Made by a program: the position numbers and the translations under genes. A stretch of DNA of 64,000 bases from a bacterium (GTDB lineage Bacteria > Patescibacteriota > Minisyncoccia > Phycocordibacterales > UBA5272), in NCBI GenBank assembly GCA_027482685.1, contig JAIXVU010000008.1, forward strand, positions 68,652 through 132,651, written 5' to 3'. Positions 38,639 through 50,882 of the stretch are shown here, one piece after another (position 1 is the first letter of the stretch; every line of letters begins with the position of its first letter). The notes beneath the pieces are model-generated. The model saw only the letters and a program-made list of their open reading frames with translations. It ran no database searches and was not told the DNA's origin.

Positions 38639-40054
38639 TTACTTAATCGCCTTCAATTCTCTAAACACCGACTCAAAAAGAGTAAATGCTCTCTTGGCTT
38701 CTCTGTCTGTTAATACAAAATCAGAACCTTCATGAGCAACTCTATTACGAATTTTATGCGCATCCCATGCGAGGTCAATAGTCTTGAAACTTGCGCCCTT
38801 TAATTTTTCACCTACACCCTCACCTTGATAGCCTTTTTTATCAAGTACTTCAAGTAACATATTATCAGCTTCCATAATACCAATCCTCCATAGCGCCTCG
38901 CTATCACTACTCATGTACCCTTGAATGATTGCAAAGCGTGGATGGTCGTTAAAGTCTTCCACAGTCGGCGGGGCAGCAGGCGCATCATCAAACACCGGTA
39001 GATTAGCAATACCTGCTGGATAGGTATCTACTTGCTCATCTTTCTTGCTGCTTGTATCTTGTACAACATGGTATCCACCATGCGAAGTTGCACCATGTCC
39101 ATCATGCCCGCCATGTCCATGTGAGAAGTGCTCTTCATAATCATTAAGAGCGCTATCAAATGTAAAATACCATTTAAGAACTGTGTACACAAGAAATACA
39201 ATTCCAACTAACGCAACGATTGACAGTAGATCAGCAAAGAGTGCAAGCACAGGGTTCTGTATAGAAAAATGCAGCCCAGTTTTCTCAAAATCAAACGGCG
39301 CAATCTGACCAATATTCTCAGCATCAAGTGGATAGGAATCAAACCCGTCAGGTATCCCATCACCATCTGAGTCTTTATTATTTATATCTGTCCCCATATA
39401 ACTCTCTGCTCTATCGCTTACTCCATCACCATCTATATCAACCGTAAGAGCGGATATTGTAGGATCAAGTGGCGCTTCATCACGCCCATCTATCACTCCA
39501 TCACTATCTGTATCATTATTAAGCGGATTAGTCCCCTCCGCGAGCTCACGTCCATCAAGCGAGCCATCTCTGTCACTATCGGGATTGTTTGGATCCATAC
39601 CGTGTGTAAGTTCATAGCTATCTGGAACACCATCTTTATCTGTATCTTTTGGACCAAATCCGAAAAAATCTCGCACTTTATCCCATATTGTATAATCTGC
39701 CTCATAACGCTCTTTTAATTCTGCGCTAGTTAAATTCTGAGAATCATTCGGACTATCATCTGATACATCTGGTATGCCATCGCCATCACTATCAGGAAAT
39801 GTATATCCAAAAGCCTGCAAAATCTTCTGCCATAATGTAAGTTGTATATCAGCAGGCGGAACTACAGCGTCTTTTGCAGCAAAGTATTCATTAAACCATC
39901 CGCGATCACGAAGACCATCCCATGTACTATCTTTGCGTGCCTCTATGTATTCTTCTGGGCTAGTTCTCCAAATAACAAACAACCAAAAATACTTTATCCA
40001 AAGTAGTACATCATACACGCGGTTGAAAATATAATCAATGGATAGAGAATACAT
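38639..40054 (-). CDS. Membrane protein with thrombospondin type-3-like DxDxDG repeats and C-terminal HEPN-like domain
   Basis: Multiple D.D.DG..D repeats, two hydrophobic segments, His/Gly linker and C-terminal RNRVAH. Confidence 0.8.
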   Translation of the reverse strand: MYSLSIDYIFNRVYDVLLWIKYFWLFVIWRTSPEEYIEARKDSTWDGLRDRGWFNEYFAAKDAVVPPADIQLTLWQKILQAFGYTFPDSDGDGIPDVSDDSPNDSQNLTSAELKERYEADYTIWDKVRDFFGFGPKDTDKDGVPDSYELTHGMDPNNPDSDRDGSLDGRELAEGTNPLNNDTDSDGVIDGRDEAPLDPTISALTVDIDGDGVSDRAESYMGTDINNKDSDGDGIPDGFDSYPLDAENIGQIAPFDFEKTGLHFSIQNPVLALFADLLSIVALVGIVFLVYTVLKWYFTFDSALNDYEEHFSHGHGGHDGHGATSHGGYHVVQDTSSKKDEQVDTYPAGIANLPVFDDAPAAPPTVEDFNDHPRFAIIQGYMSSDSEALWRIGIMEADNMLLEVLDKKGYQGEGVGEKLKGASFKTIDLAWDAHKIRNRVAHEGSDFVLTDREAKRAFTLFESVFRELKAIK

Positions 40055-40139
40055 ACACTAGTTGGTAGTCAATAGTTATTAGTTAATAGTACCATAAAAA
40101 ACCTTCGGTTTTTTGTGTATTAAGTTTATTAACCGCTAA

Positions 40140-41552
<1,413 letters not shown>

Positions 41553-41587
41553 TGTATTTGTGTATTTCTAGTCCCTACTTCTAGCCC

Positions 41588-41872
41588 CTACTTAAGTACT
41601 TGCATTACTTCCACATATCCATCCTGTGTTGCTGGAGCGTTCGCTAATATCGCATCAGTCTTCTCGCCGGTTCCATTGGTAACAATATCCTCACGTACGA
41701 CATTATATGTTGTGTGGTCAGCTGTTGTAGCATCGCCTGTAACGTCATTTATCTCAGACACATAACCAAGTATCGCCTGCATATCAGCAAGCATTTTGTC
41801 TTTCTCTTCTGGAGCGATATTGATACGCGCAAGCGTTGAAAGGTTATCTAAATCAGAGATGGTTAATTGCAT
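41588..41872 (-). CDS. gatC: Amidotransferase subunit C
   Basis: LSTLARI, NVVRED and LANAP. Upstream of gatA. Confidence 0.92.
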   Translation of the reverse strand: MQLTISDLDNLSTLARINIAPEEKDKMLADMQAILGYVSEINDVTGDATTADHTTYNVVREDIVTNGTGEKTDAILANAPATQDGYVEVMQVLK

Positions 41873-41882
41873 AATATGTAGA

Positions 41883-43895
41883 TTATATCATATCCTTGAG
41901 ACCTTCTTCAGATAGTATTGTTACCCCTAATTTTTGAGCATCAGATAGTTTACTTCCTGCGCTTTCACCAGCTAAGAGATAGTTTGTTTTGGCAGATACA
42001 CTACTTGATACTTTACCACCGTGCTTTTCTATCAATTCCTTCGCCTCATCACGAGAAAGTGTTGGAAGAGTACCGGTGATTACAAATGTAAGACCAGAAA
42101 GTTTACTACTGCCAACTTTTTGTTCGTGGATTATTGTTACTTCTTTGAGTAGCCTGTCTACGAGGTTAGCGTTTTTTGCGTTAGCAAAAAACGCTACGAG
42201 CTCAGCACCAACTTTATCTCCAACACCATCAACCGAAGTAAGCTCTTCAAATGTCGCCGTGCGAATCTTTTGTATGTCGCCAAAATGTTTCGCAATATCC
42301 TTCGCAGTCTGCTCACCAACATGACGAATACCGAGCGAGTAGAGGAAGCGGTTAAGTGGTACTGTGCGTGATGCATTGATGGACGTGATGATATTATCTG
42401 CAGACTTTTCTCCGAAGCCTTCAAGCCCATCAATATCAGATTTTTTAAGATGATAAATAGACACAACATCACTTATAAGACCGATATCATGGAATGTTTC
42501 TATAATCTTTTCTCCAAGCCCTTCTATATTCATCCCTTTCTTGCTTACAAAATGTATTAACCCTTCAATATGCTGTGCGGGACATTCACTATTACGACAA
42601 TATAACGCTGCAGATAACTCCTTGCCGATAGAAACTCGTGATAATTCTGTAGCACACGATGGGCAATGTGTCGGCATAGTGAACTTCTTAGCAGTCTTTG
42701 ATCGCAGTTCTTTTACAACATCAAATATTTCTGGGATAACATCCCCTGCTTTCCGCAACATAACAGTATCACCTACTCGCACATCTAACCTTTCTATCTC
42801 ATCAGCGTTATGCAGTGTTGCTCGTGCCACCGTTGATCCTGCAAGAAGTACTGGGGTAAGCTCCGCAACTGGAGTAATAGCTCCTGTGCGACCAACTTGA
42901 ACTGTTACTGCAACTAACTTTGTAGTTACTTCTTCTGCAGGAAACTTATATGCAATACCCCCGCGTGGTGACTTTGCTGTGTACCCAAGGACATCCCACA
43001 GATTTCGCTCGTTGATTTTTATGACTAATCCATCAATACCATAATCTTGTTCACTACGCTTGTCTATCCATGTATCATAAAATTGCTGAACATCTTTTAG
43101 AGTCTTACATACTTTTCTATCTGGATTTACAAGGAAACCAAACTTCTCTAGGGCATTTAATTCTTCTTCTTGCGTTGTAAAGGCTCCCCCTTCAATATCA
43201 TACGAGTATATCTGAATATTACGCCGTGCGACGACTTTTGGATCAAGTTGACGTAGTGTACCAGCAGCTAGATTGCGTGTATTAGCGTAGAGAGGCAACT
43301 CTTCCTTTGCACGTTCGTTGTTGATTATATCTAAATCTTTTTTCTTTATCCATGCTTCACCGATGACAGTAATGGTAAGAGGTTGAGGTAAAACAAGCGG
43401 GATAGATTTTACTGTACGAATATTCTCTGTAATATCTTCACCCACCTCACCATTACCTCGTGTTGCAGCACGCGTAAGTACTCCATCAACATAGGTCATG
43501 ATAACTTTTAGTCCATCTATCTTCATTTCTGCAACATAGGATGGTTTTTCCGTTATACCGTTTTTAATCAGTAGTGTAATATTACGGTCTTCCCACTCTG
43601 TTAACTCATCAAATGAAAATACATTATCAAAACTCCACTGCTTGATATCATGGGTAACTTTTTGGAATGCATCTATTGGGTCTCCTCCTACACGCTTTGT
43701 AGGTGAGACTTGTGAGTCATACTCTGGGTATGCTTGTTCAAGCTCTGCGAGCTCTTTCATTAAACTATCATACACAGTATCAGATACTTCTGGGGTATCA
43801 TAAACATGATACAAGATACGATGACCCTCAAGCAGTTTACGCAAATCTACTATTCTTTGATGTACACGCTTGGGGGTATTGCTATCAGCCTTCAT
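41883..43895 (-). CDS. ligA: NAD-dependent DNA ligase
   Basis: KIDG adenylation motif, TRGNGEVGEDIT, Zn finger, HhH and BRCT. Confidence 0.97.
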   Translation of the reverse strand: MKADSNTPKRVHQRIVDLRKLLEGHRILYHVYDTPEVSDTVYDSLMKELAELEQAYPEYDSQVSPTKRVGGDPIDAFQKVTHDIKQWSFDNVFSFDELTEWEDRNITLLIKNGITEKPSYVAEMKIDGLKVIMTYVDGVLTRAATRGNGEVGEDITENIRTVKSIPLVLPQPLTITVIGEAWIKKKDLDIINNERAKEELPLYANTRNLAAGTLRQLDPKVVARRNIQIYSYDIEGGAFTTQEEELNALEKFGFLVNPDRKVCKTLKDVQQFYDTWIDKRSEQDYGIDGLVIKINERNLWDVLGYTAKSPRGGIAYKFPAEEVTTKLVAVTVQVGRTGAITPVAELTPVLLAGSTVARATLHNADEIERLDVRVGDTVMLRKAGDVIPEIFDVVKELRSKTAKKFTMPTHCPSCATELSRVSIGKELSAALYCRNSECPAQHIEGLIHFVSKKGMNIEGLGEKIIETFHDIGLISDVVSIYHLKKSDIDGLEGFGEKSADNIITSINASRTVPLNRFLYSLGIRHVGEQTAKDIAKHFGDIQKIRTATFEELTSVDGVGDKVGAELVAFFANAKNANLVDRLLKEVTIIHEQKVGSSKLSGLTFVITGTLPTLSRDEAKELIEKHGGKVSSSVSAKTNYLLAGESAGSKLSDAQKLGVTILSEEGLKDMI

Positions 43896-43945
43896 ATACA
43901 GGCTAGTATACTATATAGAAAAATCTTGTTCTGTATAGCGTATTT

Positions 43946-44638
43946 TTATTGTATTTCTGTTGTATTAACTACTGCACGTTCTACACTTTGCTTCAAATTT
44001 TGCTGACATGTGGCAAAACCACGAGAAATTATCTGACGGTAGTTTGCGGTTTTATTAACCGTAACTCTTGCACAACGGTAATTACCATCGCCTATCGCCA
44101 TTCGCATGGTAAATGATGTTGTATAGCCATTTTCTGTTACACCTTGTGAATTTAGTCTAGAAAATGCAGTGAACGTGGTGTTTGAGGTATCGGGGTCTAT
44201 GTCAAATATTGGTGAGGTGGCACACTTAAGATCGGTTAAAGTAAGCGTAGAAAGATTCCTCACTTGGCGGGCTAAATTAACCTGTTCTAACGTATTTGCG
44301 ATAGCAGTTGTTGGTTCAACAAGCGGGTCATGCGGGAAAATACCGTATCCAGTATCTGGATCGTAATACTTGTCATCAATCATTACAGTACATGCAACAC
44401 CATTATCTGCAGAATAATACGCAATCTGACTAAGTTTTGATAATTTTGAAAAATATAACTGCTTAGAAAGTATCACGGTAATACCGGAAGAAATAAGAAG
44501 CACGATAGTACAAATTAGCATTGTAAGTGGCAGAATAAAACCTTTTGAGACATGATAGTCCCTAGAGATATACTTTGTGATATTGGTAATAGATGATCTA
44601 GTCATAGGTATATTATGAGCGTGAGTGTAGGAAGTCAA
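43946..44638 (-). CDS. PilX-like minor pilin
   Basis: KGFILPLTML class III signal lacking Glu5 and AYYSADNGVAC. Confidence 0.75.
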   Translation of the reverse strand: MTSYTHAHNIPMTRSSITNITKYISRDYHVSKGFILPLTMLICTIVLLISSGITVILSKQLYFSKLSKLSQIAYYSADNGVACTVMIDDKYYDPDTGYGIFPHDPLVEPTTAIANTLEQVNLARQVRNLSTLTLTDLKCATSPIFDIDPDTSNTTFTAFSRLNSQGVTENGYTTSFTMRMAIGDGNYRCARVTVNKTANYRQIISRGFATCQQNLKQSVERAVVNTTEIQ

Positions 44639-45311
44639 CGAATTTTATTTCTCGTGAGAAGCCGCTTGGTCTACGAAATGTAACTGTTGATATGACGCGG
44701 AGATCGTCATTATAGTCAGCATCAGGTCCACTAAACGTTTGCAGTGATTGTATCTGTATACTTCTTGTGAATCGTCTATCTCCAGTACCTCCAATATCAC
44801 GTACACCAGCACATACATAGAGCGAGTCTGCTTCTCGCAATGAAAGATTGCCACAAAATGTAGCGTTACTTAGATATTTAATTGGCGGCTGATCAATATC
44901 ACTAGACATGTCAAGAAAATCATATGAACAGCCAGACGGATTATCGCTTACATAACATGACACACCTCCATTAGTAAAACTGAGCCGTTCGCGAAATAAT
45001 CGCCACGCTGCCTCACTTGGCGTTTCTGCATTTTGAAGCACGCAGTCTGTTCCAGACTCCTGCGTACATCTAATATATAGCGAGTCTTGTTGTTGGCGCA
45101 ATAACTCAACAGCTTCTTCAGCAAGATACGTCGCTATCATTGAATCTTTGGTAAGTCTTGCATATGATGTAGCATCAAGAGCAACAGTCAGTGGACCTAG
45201 TACAACAGATGTAATAACAAATGCACTCACAAGAGCTTCTATGAGAGTAAATCCTTTTAATGGCACGCATGTTGTTTTTTTCAGAAAAGCGAACTTCATA
45301 AAAATATACAT
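44613..45311 (-). CDS. Minor pilin (PilV-like)
   Basis: KGFTLIEALV and ATYLAEEAVE. Confidence 0.85.
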   Translation of the reverse strand: MYIFMKFAFLKKTTCVPLKGFTLIEALVSAFVITSVVLGPLTVALDATSYARLTKDSMIATYLAEEAVELLRQQQDSLYIRCTQESGTDCVLQNAETPSEAAWRLFRERLSFTNGGVSCYVSDNPSGCSYDFLDMSSDIDQPPIKYLSNATFCGNLSLREADSLYVCAGVRDIGGTGDRRFTRSIQIQSLQTFSGPDADYNDDLRVISTVTFRRPSGFSREIKFVDFLHSRS

Positions 45312-46018
45312 TAATTATCTATTCCTCTAGGTACAGCCGATGCCTGCAAATTGAACTTTACTGGGTCTCTAGTTGGTTTAGTAGGAATTGTTATTCCTGC
45401 TATTGTAAATGTGATGATTGGTTGATCGAGATCGCTAACACTCAAAACATCTATTGCTCCAGTTGTAGAATTTGCCCCAGATACATAAAATACAAGGGTT
45501 TGTATATTTACATCAGTTGGTGTTATCTGATAACGTCTAGAAGGTGCGCCAAATGGAAATTCTTCTTTATATATTACTCCAATCGTCTGACCATTTATTG
45601 TAGCTTCATCAATATGATACATAACTCTATCTTGTGTTGCATCAGTTGACCCTACTAAAGGACTACCTGGTCTAAAAACAAGTGCAGTAGCACCATCTGG
45701 GAAAGCACAACTACGACGTGATGATGTTGCTAGGATTGGTTGACTTTCACAATGAAAATCAGTTCCGTAACGCATATCACGGCCCATAACTTCAGTAGCT
45801 AGATTAACCCCATCAAGAATTATCTGTGTTTCTTGAATTTTTGTATTAATGGCTTGAGCAGAAAACAATGCACCAACTGCAATGATAAGCACAGAGCTAA
45901 AAATAGAACTAGCCACAAGTAGTTCAACAAGTGTAAACCCTCGCACAGATGTGCGGGTACATGTTTGGAATCGTAGATTGCGTAGTAGTGTTTGCATATA
46001 CTTATAATTGCGCATCAC
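45311..46018 (-). CDS. Minor pilin (PilW/GspJ-like)
   Basis: RGFTLVELLVA prepilin motif. Confidence 0.85.
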   Translation of the reverse strand: MMRNYKYMQTLLRNLRFQTCTRTSVRGFTLVELLVASSIFSSVLIIAVGALFSAQAINTKIQETQIILDGVNLATEVMGRDMRYGTDFHCESQPILATSSRRSCAFPDGATALVFRPGSPLVGSTDATQDRVMYHIDEATINGQTIGVIYKEEFPFGAPSRRYQITPTDVNIQTLVFYVSGANSTTGAIDVLSVSDLDQPIITFTIAGITIPTKPTRDPVKFNLQASAVPRGIDN

Positions 46019-46733
46019 ATCCGGTAGCTGATGATCGTATCATGCCAGAACTAAACACCTGAACAGATCGAACATGACCTGCAACAAGTATACCATTCTG
46101 AATTGCTTTATTTGAACGCATCTCTATACACGCCCCCATAACTCTGGTGGTGGTATTATTAAGATAAATAGAAGGAAGTGGGCTAGGTCTGGTGAAAGAA
46201 ATTGTGAGTGATGTTACTTGGGGGGTGTTGTTTGCTCCACAACTGAATGGGTATGATGTACCTACACATATCTTTGATATAAATGAAGTTGAAGATGTAG
46301 CAAATATTGTAACAGTCTGAGCCTCATTAAATGGAGTGGTTGCGGAGTATAGCCCATCACCTATAGGTAGTCCGTTTGAAGTCCCGGCAGAAGCATCTAC
46401 AGTATCTCCAAAAAGAATTACTCTCCGTGGGGTAGAAGCGTCAAAATACACTCCATACCCCCCAAGAGAGTTATTGACAGAGTCTACTGCACTACCACGT
46501 ATCTGAGCTTCTCTAAGTGCTAGTGCGATAGTTTGATTATTGTTAGCGAGATTAAGCCTGACTGATGTTTCTGGATATCGATATATGAGTGTTGTCGATA
46601 TTACCGTCATAACCGAAAGAGATACCAAGAGTTCTAGCAAGGTAAATCCTTTATATCTCGGTAAAAAGAAAATGTTAGATTTTCCTTTTTGATTATTGTC
46701 TTTGTGTTTGATAATGAACTCTAAGATTTTCAT
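46002..46733 (-). CDS. Minor pilin (FimT/GspH-like)
   Basis: KGFTLLELLVS, LREAQ and GYGVYF. Confidence 0.85.
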   Translation of the reverse strand: MKILEFIIKHKDNNQKGKSNIFFLPRYKGFTLLELLVSLSVMTVISTTLIYRYPETSVRLNLANNNQTIALALREAQIRGSAVDSVNNSLGGYGVYFDASTPRRVILFGDTVDASAGTSNGLPIGDGLYSATTPFNEAQTVTIFATSSTSFISKICVGTSYPFSCGANNTPQVTSLTISFTRPSPLPSIYLNNTTTRVMGACIEMRSNKAIQNGILVAGHVRSVQVFSSGMIRSSATGCDAQL

Positions 46734-46736
46734 TCC

Positions 46737-47579
46737 TTAATAGTACCACCTAGAAAGTAGGTTTGCGATGGAGAAGATATCTATATCTGTGAACAGTACG
46801 ATTAGAAAAGCAATAACAATAAAAGGTACAAATGGTATTGCTTTAGACACAAACGCAACATGGTTGGTTTTCGTTTTGTATTGCTTATCCAGAATATATA
46901 AGATTACCCCGACAATTGCTCCAAGCCAAACTGATATCATTAGTACTGCCATACTTTGCTCTATACCAAAAAATGCGCCGACACCGAAAAAAAGAATCAC
47001 ATCTCCAAAACCAACACCTCTTCCACGAGTAATGATAAAAAGTGTTAGAAACGGCAACGCGGCTACGACAGGGCTAAGCAGGAAGAGACTCTTTGATTCA
47101 TCTGGGGTCATTCCAAGATAACGATAACAAAACATTGCGAGTGTTAGTCCAATAAACGCTAACAAAAAGCGAGCTGGTATGAACGAATGCCTTTTGTCAT
47201 ACAGTGCTATAACCCCAAGAACTATAAACAGTATTGTGTAGTATAGTCCGTATCCGATTTTATGCGTTATGTCGATTTGACTTGCGATAATAGTTCCATA
47301 CAGAATTACAAAAACTGTTCCATAGAATATTTCTACAAGCAAACTTTCCACTCCATATACAGATTTACAGTACCTACACTTACCTTTAAGCCAAAGATAC
47401 GAAATAATAGGAATAAGGTCAGAAACGCGAAGTGCCTCTCCGCAGGAGAGGCACTTACTACGACTTTTAATGATAGGAGCAACGTACAAACGTGATACTA
47501 CTACCTGTACGAAACTTCCTATTGCTGCACCGAAGATAAATGATACAAGATACGCCACGATGAACGGTATACTATACAA
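46737..47579 (-). CDS. pilD: Prepilin peptidase
   Basis: GSF, RSKCLSC..CRYC zinc motif, GFGDV and IPFVPF. Confidence 0.93.
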   Translation of the reverse strand: MYSIPFIVAYLVSFIFGAAIGSFVQVVVSRLYVAPIIKSRSKCLSCGEALRVSDLIPIISYLWLKGKCRYCKSVYGVESLLVEIFYGTVFVILYGTIIASQIDITHKIGYGLYYTILFIVLGVIALYDKRHSFIPARFLLAFIGLTLAMFCYRYLGMTPDESKSLFLLSPVVAALPFLTLFIITRGRGVGFGDVILFFGVGAFFGIEQSMAVLMISVWLGAIVGVILYILDKQYKTKTNHVAFVSKAIPFVPFIVIAFLIVLFTDIDIFSIANLLSRWYY

Positions 47580-47594
47580 CTAGTGGAACAATTA

Positions 47595-48290
47595 CTACTG
47601 TTGAGCAGATACATCAAAGACACAATCAGTTGTCGCATTACATCTAGCAATGTCACCGTCAGAACCATCGTAGTCGTCATCGCTACCCGCAGTTGGAGAC
47701 GCACCAGAACCAGGGTTGGTAACTGGAGGCATCATACCTAATTGGTAATTAAGTGATCCTGTTGTTGTACTATATGAAGATAGAATTGTTGTACCTACTG
47801 CTGGGTAAAATGCACACGTACTTGTTCCAAGAATTGTTTCAAATGTTGCTGTGTTACCCGCCCCTAGACAATCACGATCGTTATCTAGACCTTGTGAATA
47901 TGTTTCAAGGTGAACCCCTAGGTGATAACCGAATGTTACAGGGTTTCCAATGTTTGCTCCTGATACTGTAAACGCAGTGTATCCGAACTTATCACGATTA
48001 GATATTGTTGTAAGTGTTGATGACGCAAATGATGGTAGAAGTGGTATAAATGTAGGACTAAGAGGAGCGAGTGAATAAGGATACTGTCCAGCGTTAGCCT
48101 CAGCGTACTGATCAAGCGCGAGCTGTACGGATTTAATTTCTGCTATCTTTTTCGCATCGCGAGCTTTCTTGCGCGCATTCTGAATTGGAGCAGCGATAAT
48201 TGTTGAGAGAAGTCCGATGATTGCAATAACCACGAGGAGCTCAATGAGCGTAAATCCTCGGAAACCTTTTTTCATAAAAGTGTGTATCAT
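47595..48290 (-). CDS. Type IV pilin / GspG-like major pilin
   Basis: RGFTLIELLVVIAIIGLLS...ARKKARDAK. Confidence 0.9.
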   Translation of the reverse strand: MIHTFMKKGFRGFTLIELLVVIAIIGLLSTIIAAPIQNARKKARDAKKIAEIKSVQLALDQYAEANAGQYPYSLAPLSPTFIPLLPSFASSTLTTISNRDKFGYTAFTVSGANIGNPVTFGYHLGVHLETYSQGLDNDRDCLGAGNTATFETILGTSTCAFYPAVGTTILSSYSTTTGSLNYQLGMMPPVTNPGSGASPTAGSDDDYDGSDGDIARCNATTDCVFDVSAQQ

Positions 48291-48461
48291 ATATATTATT
48301 TATCTTTGTAGATACTTTTAGTATATTCCCCTTCCACGAAAGCACAAGTGACTAATCCCGTAGTCTGTGGATAAATGGAATTCTGGTAGTAGGCAGTACG
48401 AAGAAAGCAGTCAGGATGTACAGAAAATAAAGCACTACGATACCACTAACTACTCTAAGCT

Positions 48462-49709
48462 TTACGCTAGTCCAATCAAAGGAGCTATATACGTAATAGA
48501 ATCTGACAATGAGTACATAGGGAGAAGAACTGCAGACACGAGTATTCCAACACCAAGTCCGAGCCCAACAATCATCGCAGGTTCAATAAGCCCGATAACA
48601 TTATCAATAGCAGTATCAAGCTCACGTTTATAAAACACCGCCAAGTTCTTAAGGATATAGCCGAGCTCTCCCGTCTCCTCTCCAATGCCCACCATTTGGA
48701 CGAGGATATTTGGCACTTCAGGCTCTTCATAGAGAGCTTTTGAAAACGATGTACCTGTTTGGACTTTTTTTGCAACACGGCGCATTAGGTCTTTGTGGAC
48801 AGTATTTTCTATAAGATCTGCGGTAATTTCTATTGCTCTCACAATAGGCACTCCACTTGAAAGCATTGTGTTCATGTTATCTGATAGTCGAGTAAGGAAT
48901 ATCTGCCGGTAGAGTGACTTAAATACTGGTGTCTTAAGTTTAACTTCATCGACTTTGTGACGACCTTCGTCTGTCTGTGCCCATCGATAAAAAAGCCAAC
49001 CAAGTACAATAAGTGTAGGAAATGTAATCGGACCATATTTAACGAAAAGATCAGAAATAGCGAGAACGATACGCGTTACAAGAGGAAGTGTTGCCCCCTG
49101 CTCTGCGAAAAGTGCTGCCATTTTAGGGATAACAAATGTGAGCATACCCACCATAATGAGCACAAACGTTCCTATGACAAAGGATGGGTAGGTAAGAGCT
49201 TTCTTTATCTTCTGGTTAAGTTCATACTCACGATCCATAAAGTCTGCAAGATAGAGGAATACTTCGTTTAACTTACCTGTTTCTTCGCCGGACTTTACCA
49301 TGTTCACATAAAATGGTGAGAAAAGTAGTGGTCGTCTAGAAAGGGCATCTGACAGAGAAACACCAGACTCGATATCATTAGATACACCGACTAACTGCTC
49401 TTGTAGAGTTTTGTTTTCGTTTTCGGCAGCGAGCAAGCGAAATCCTTTTAAAGCAGAGACACCCGCCTCGAAAAGAGTTGCGATCTGCCGAGAGAAGATC
49501 ACCACATCTTTAGGTTTTATTTTTTGTTTGAGCGCATCATTGAGCATTCTCTGTGGATCAAGAGAGAACCCTTGACCTTTTTCAGCAATATCAATAACAC
49601 TAATAGAACGCTTCTGAAGTAGAGATACTGCATCATCAATAGAAAGTGCCTCTATTTCGGCTTCTACTTTTGTATTTTCTATTGTTACACCACGATAATG
49701 AAAGAGCAT
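48462..49709 (-). CDS. pilC: Type IV pilus platform protein
   Basis: Two T2SSF domains (SGEETGKL; IGEETGEL, LIEPAMI) and ALTYPSFV. Confidence 0.93.
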   Translation of the reverse strand: MLFHYRGVTIENTKVEAEIEALSIDDAVSLLQKRSISVIDIAEKGQGFSLDPQRMLNDALKQKIKPKDVVIFSRQIATLFEAGVSALKGFRLLAAENENKTLQEQLVGVSNDIESGVSLSDALSRRPLLFSPFYVNMVKSGEETGKLNEVFLYLADFMDREYELNQKIKKALTYPSFVIGTFVLIMVGMLTFVIPKMAALFAEQGATLPLVTRIVLAISDLFVKYGPITFPTLIVLGWLFYRWAQTDEGRHKVDEVKLKTPVFKSLYRQIFLTRLSDNMNTMLSSGVPIVRAIEITADLIENTVHKDLMRRVAKKVQTGTSFSKALYEEPEVPNILVQMVGIGEETGELGYILKNLAVFYKRELDTAIDNVIGLIEPAMIVGLGLGVGILVSAVLLPMYSLSDSITYIAPLIGLA

Positions 49710-49718
49710 GGTATATGA

Positions 49719-50777
49719 TTATAAAAGTCTATCAAAAAGATTTTGTCTACGAGCAAATGCGCGTGCATCCTCTCTTGTAACCTCACCACGACGAACAAGC
49801 TCTGCAAGGTATCTATCAAGGTCAATCATACCCTCCTGTGAACCTGTCTCTATGAGTACGTCAATTTCGTGAGAGCGTCGCTCACGTATGAGATTAGCAA
49901 CTGCGGGGGTGTTGATGAGTAGTTCAAAGGCAGGAATAAGCCCTCCTGAGATACGAGGCACTAGCCTCTGAGACATAATACCAATAAGAGACGATGCTAA
50001 CTGTACACGTATCTGATCCTGTTGATCAGCGGGGAAACTATCAATAATACGGTCAACTGTCTGTGCTGCAGAGTTAGCATGGAGTGTGGACAGTACTAAG
50101 TGCCCTGTCTCAGCTGCAGTTACCGCGGTTGAGATAGTCTCTTTATCACGCATCTCCCCTATCATAATCACATCTGCATCTTGTCTGAAGATATGCGTAA
50201 GTGCAGTATTAAAGTCCGCCGTATCAACACCAACTTCTCGCTGCTCAATGAGGGATTTATCTTGAACGAAACGAAATTCTATCGGATCTTCAACGGTAAC
50301 GATGTGACGCTTGGACTCACTGTTTATCATGCCTATCATTGATGATAAGGTGGTTGACTTTCCTTGCCCAACAGGACCAACGACCAGGAAGAACCCTTGT
50401 CGCTCACGAGCTATTTGTATCACTTGTTCTGGTAAGTTAAGCTCATGAATAGAGCGAACCTTTGGAATAAGACGTAGCGCTATAGAGATAAACCCTCTTT
50501 GAAACGAGGCGTTTCCACGCAAACGATATTCGCCTTTGTGTTCGTAAGAAAAATCAAGTTCCTGCGAAACAACGAACTTCGTGAGTGCTTTTTCACTTAT
50601 CATAACTTTAAGCAATCCTACTGTATCCTCAGGAGTAAGTTCCTTCTTGCGAGTAAGAGGTATGAGATCGCGATCCACACGTAGAGTTGGGAACGCGCCA
50701 ACTGAAAAGTGAAGGTCTGACCCCGACTCTTTGATCAGTGTCATGATAAGATCATCTAGTTCAATTTCGTAATTCAT
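49719..50777 (-). CDS. pilT: Type IV pilus retraction ATPase
   Basis: SDLHF, GPVGQGKSTT, EDPIEF, GEMRD, AAETGHLVLSTLH and ANLIRE. Confidence 0.93.
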   Translation of the reverse strand: MNYEIELDDLIMTLIKESGSDLHFSVGAFPTLRVDRDLIPLTRKKELTPEDTVGLLKVMISEKALTKFVVSQELDFSYEHKGEYRLRGNASFQRGFISIALRLIPKVRSIHELNLPEQVIQIARERQGFFLVVGPVGQGKSTTLSSMIGMINSESKRHIVTVEDPIEFRFVQDKSLIEQREVGVDTADFNTALTHIFRQDADVIMIGEMRDKETISTAVTAAETGHLVLSTLHANSAAQTVDRIIDSFPADQQDQIRVQLASSLIGIMSQRLVPRISGGLIPAFELLINTPAVANLIRERRSHEIDVLIETGSQEGMIDLDRYLAELVRRGEVTREDARAFARRQNLFDRLL

Positions 50778-50882
50778 AAAATAAATTGGTAGATAGTACA
50801 AGTAATGTACTGATAATAATTAGAGTATAGCAAGAGAACGTGCAAGTACAATTATATAGCCGTGGATAAAAAAGTCTGAGTA

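Noticed and set aside
34773-38640. Prophage or integrative element with its own integrase
   Set aside because: No recognisable recombinase, transposase or phage structural gene. Only att-like repeats are supported.
38462-38713. 83-aa ORF downstream of tRNA-fMet
   Set aside because: It coincides with the tRNA-trailer hairpins and a terminator, so it is likely spurious.
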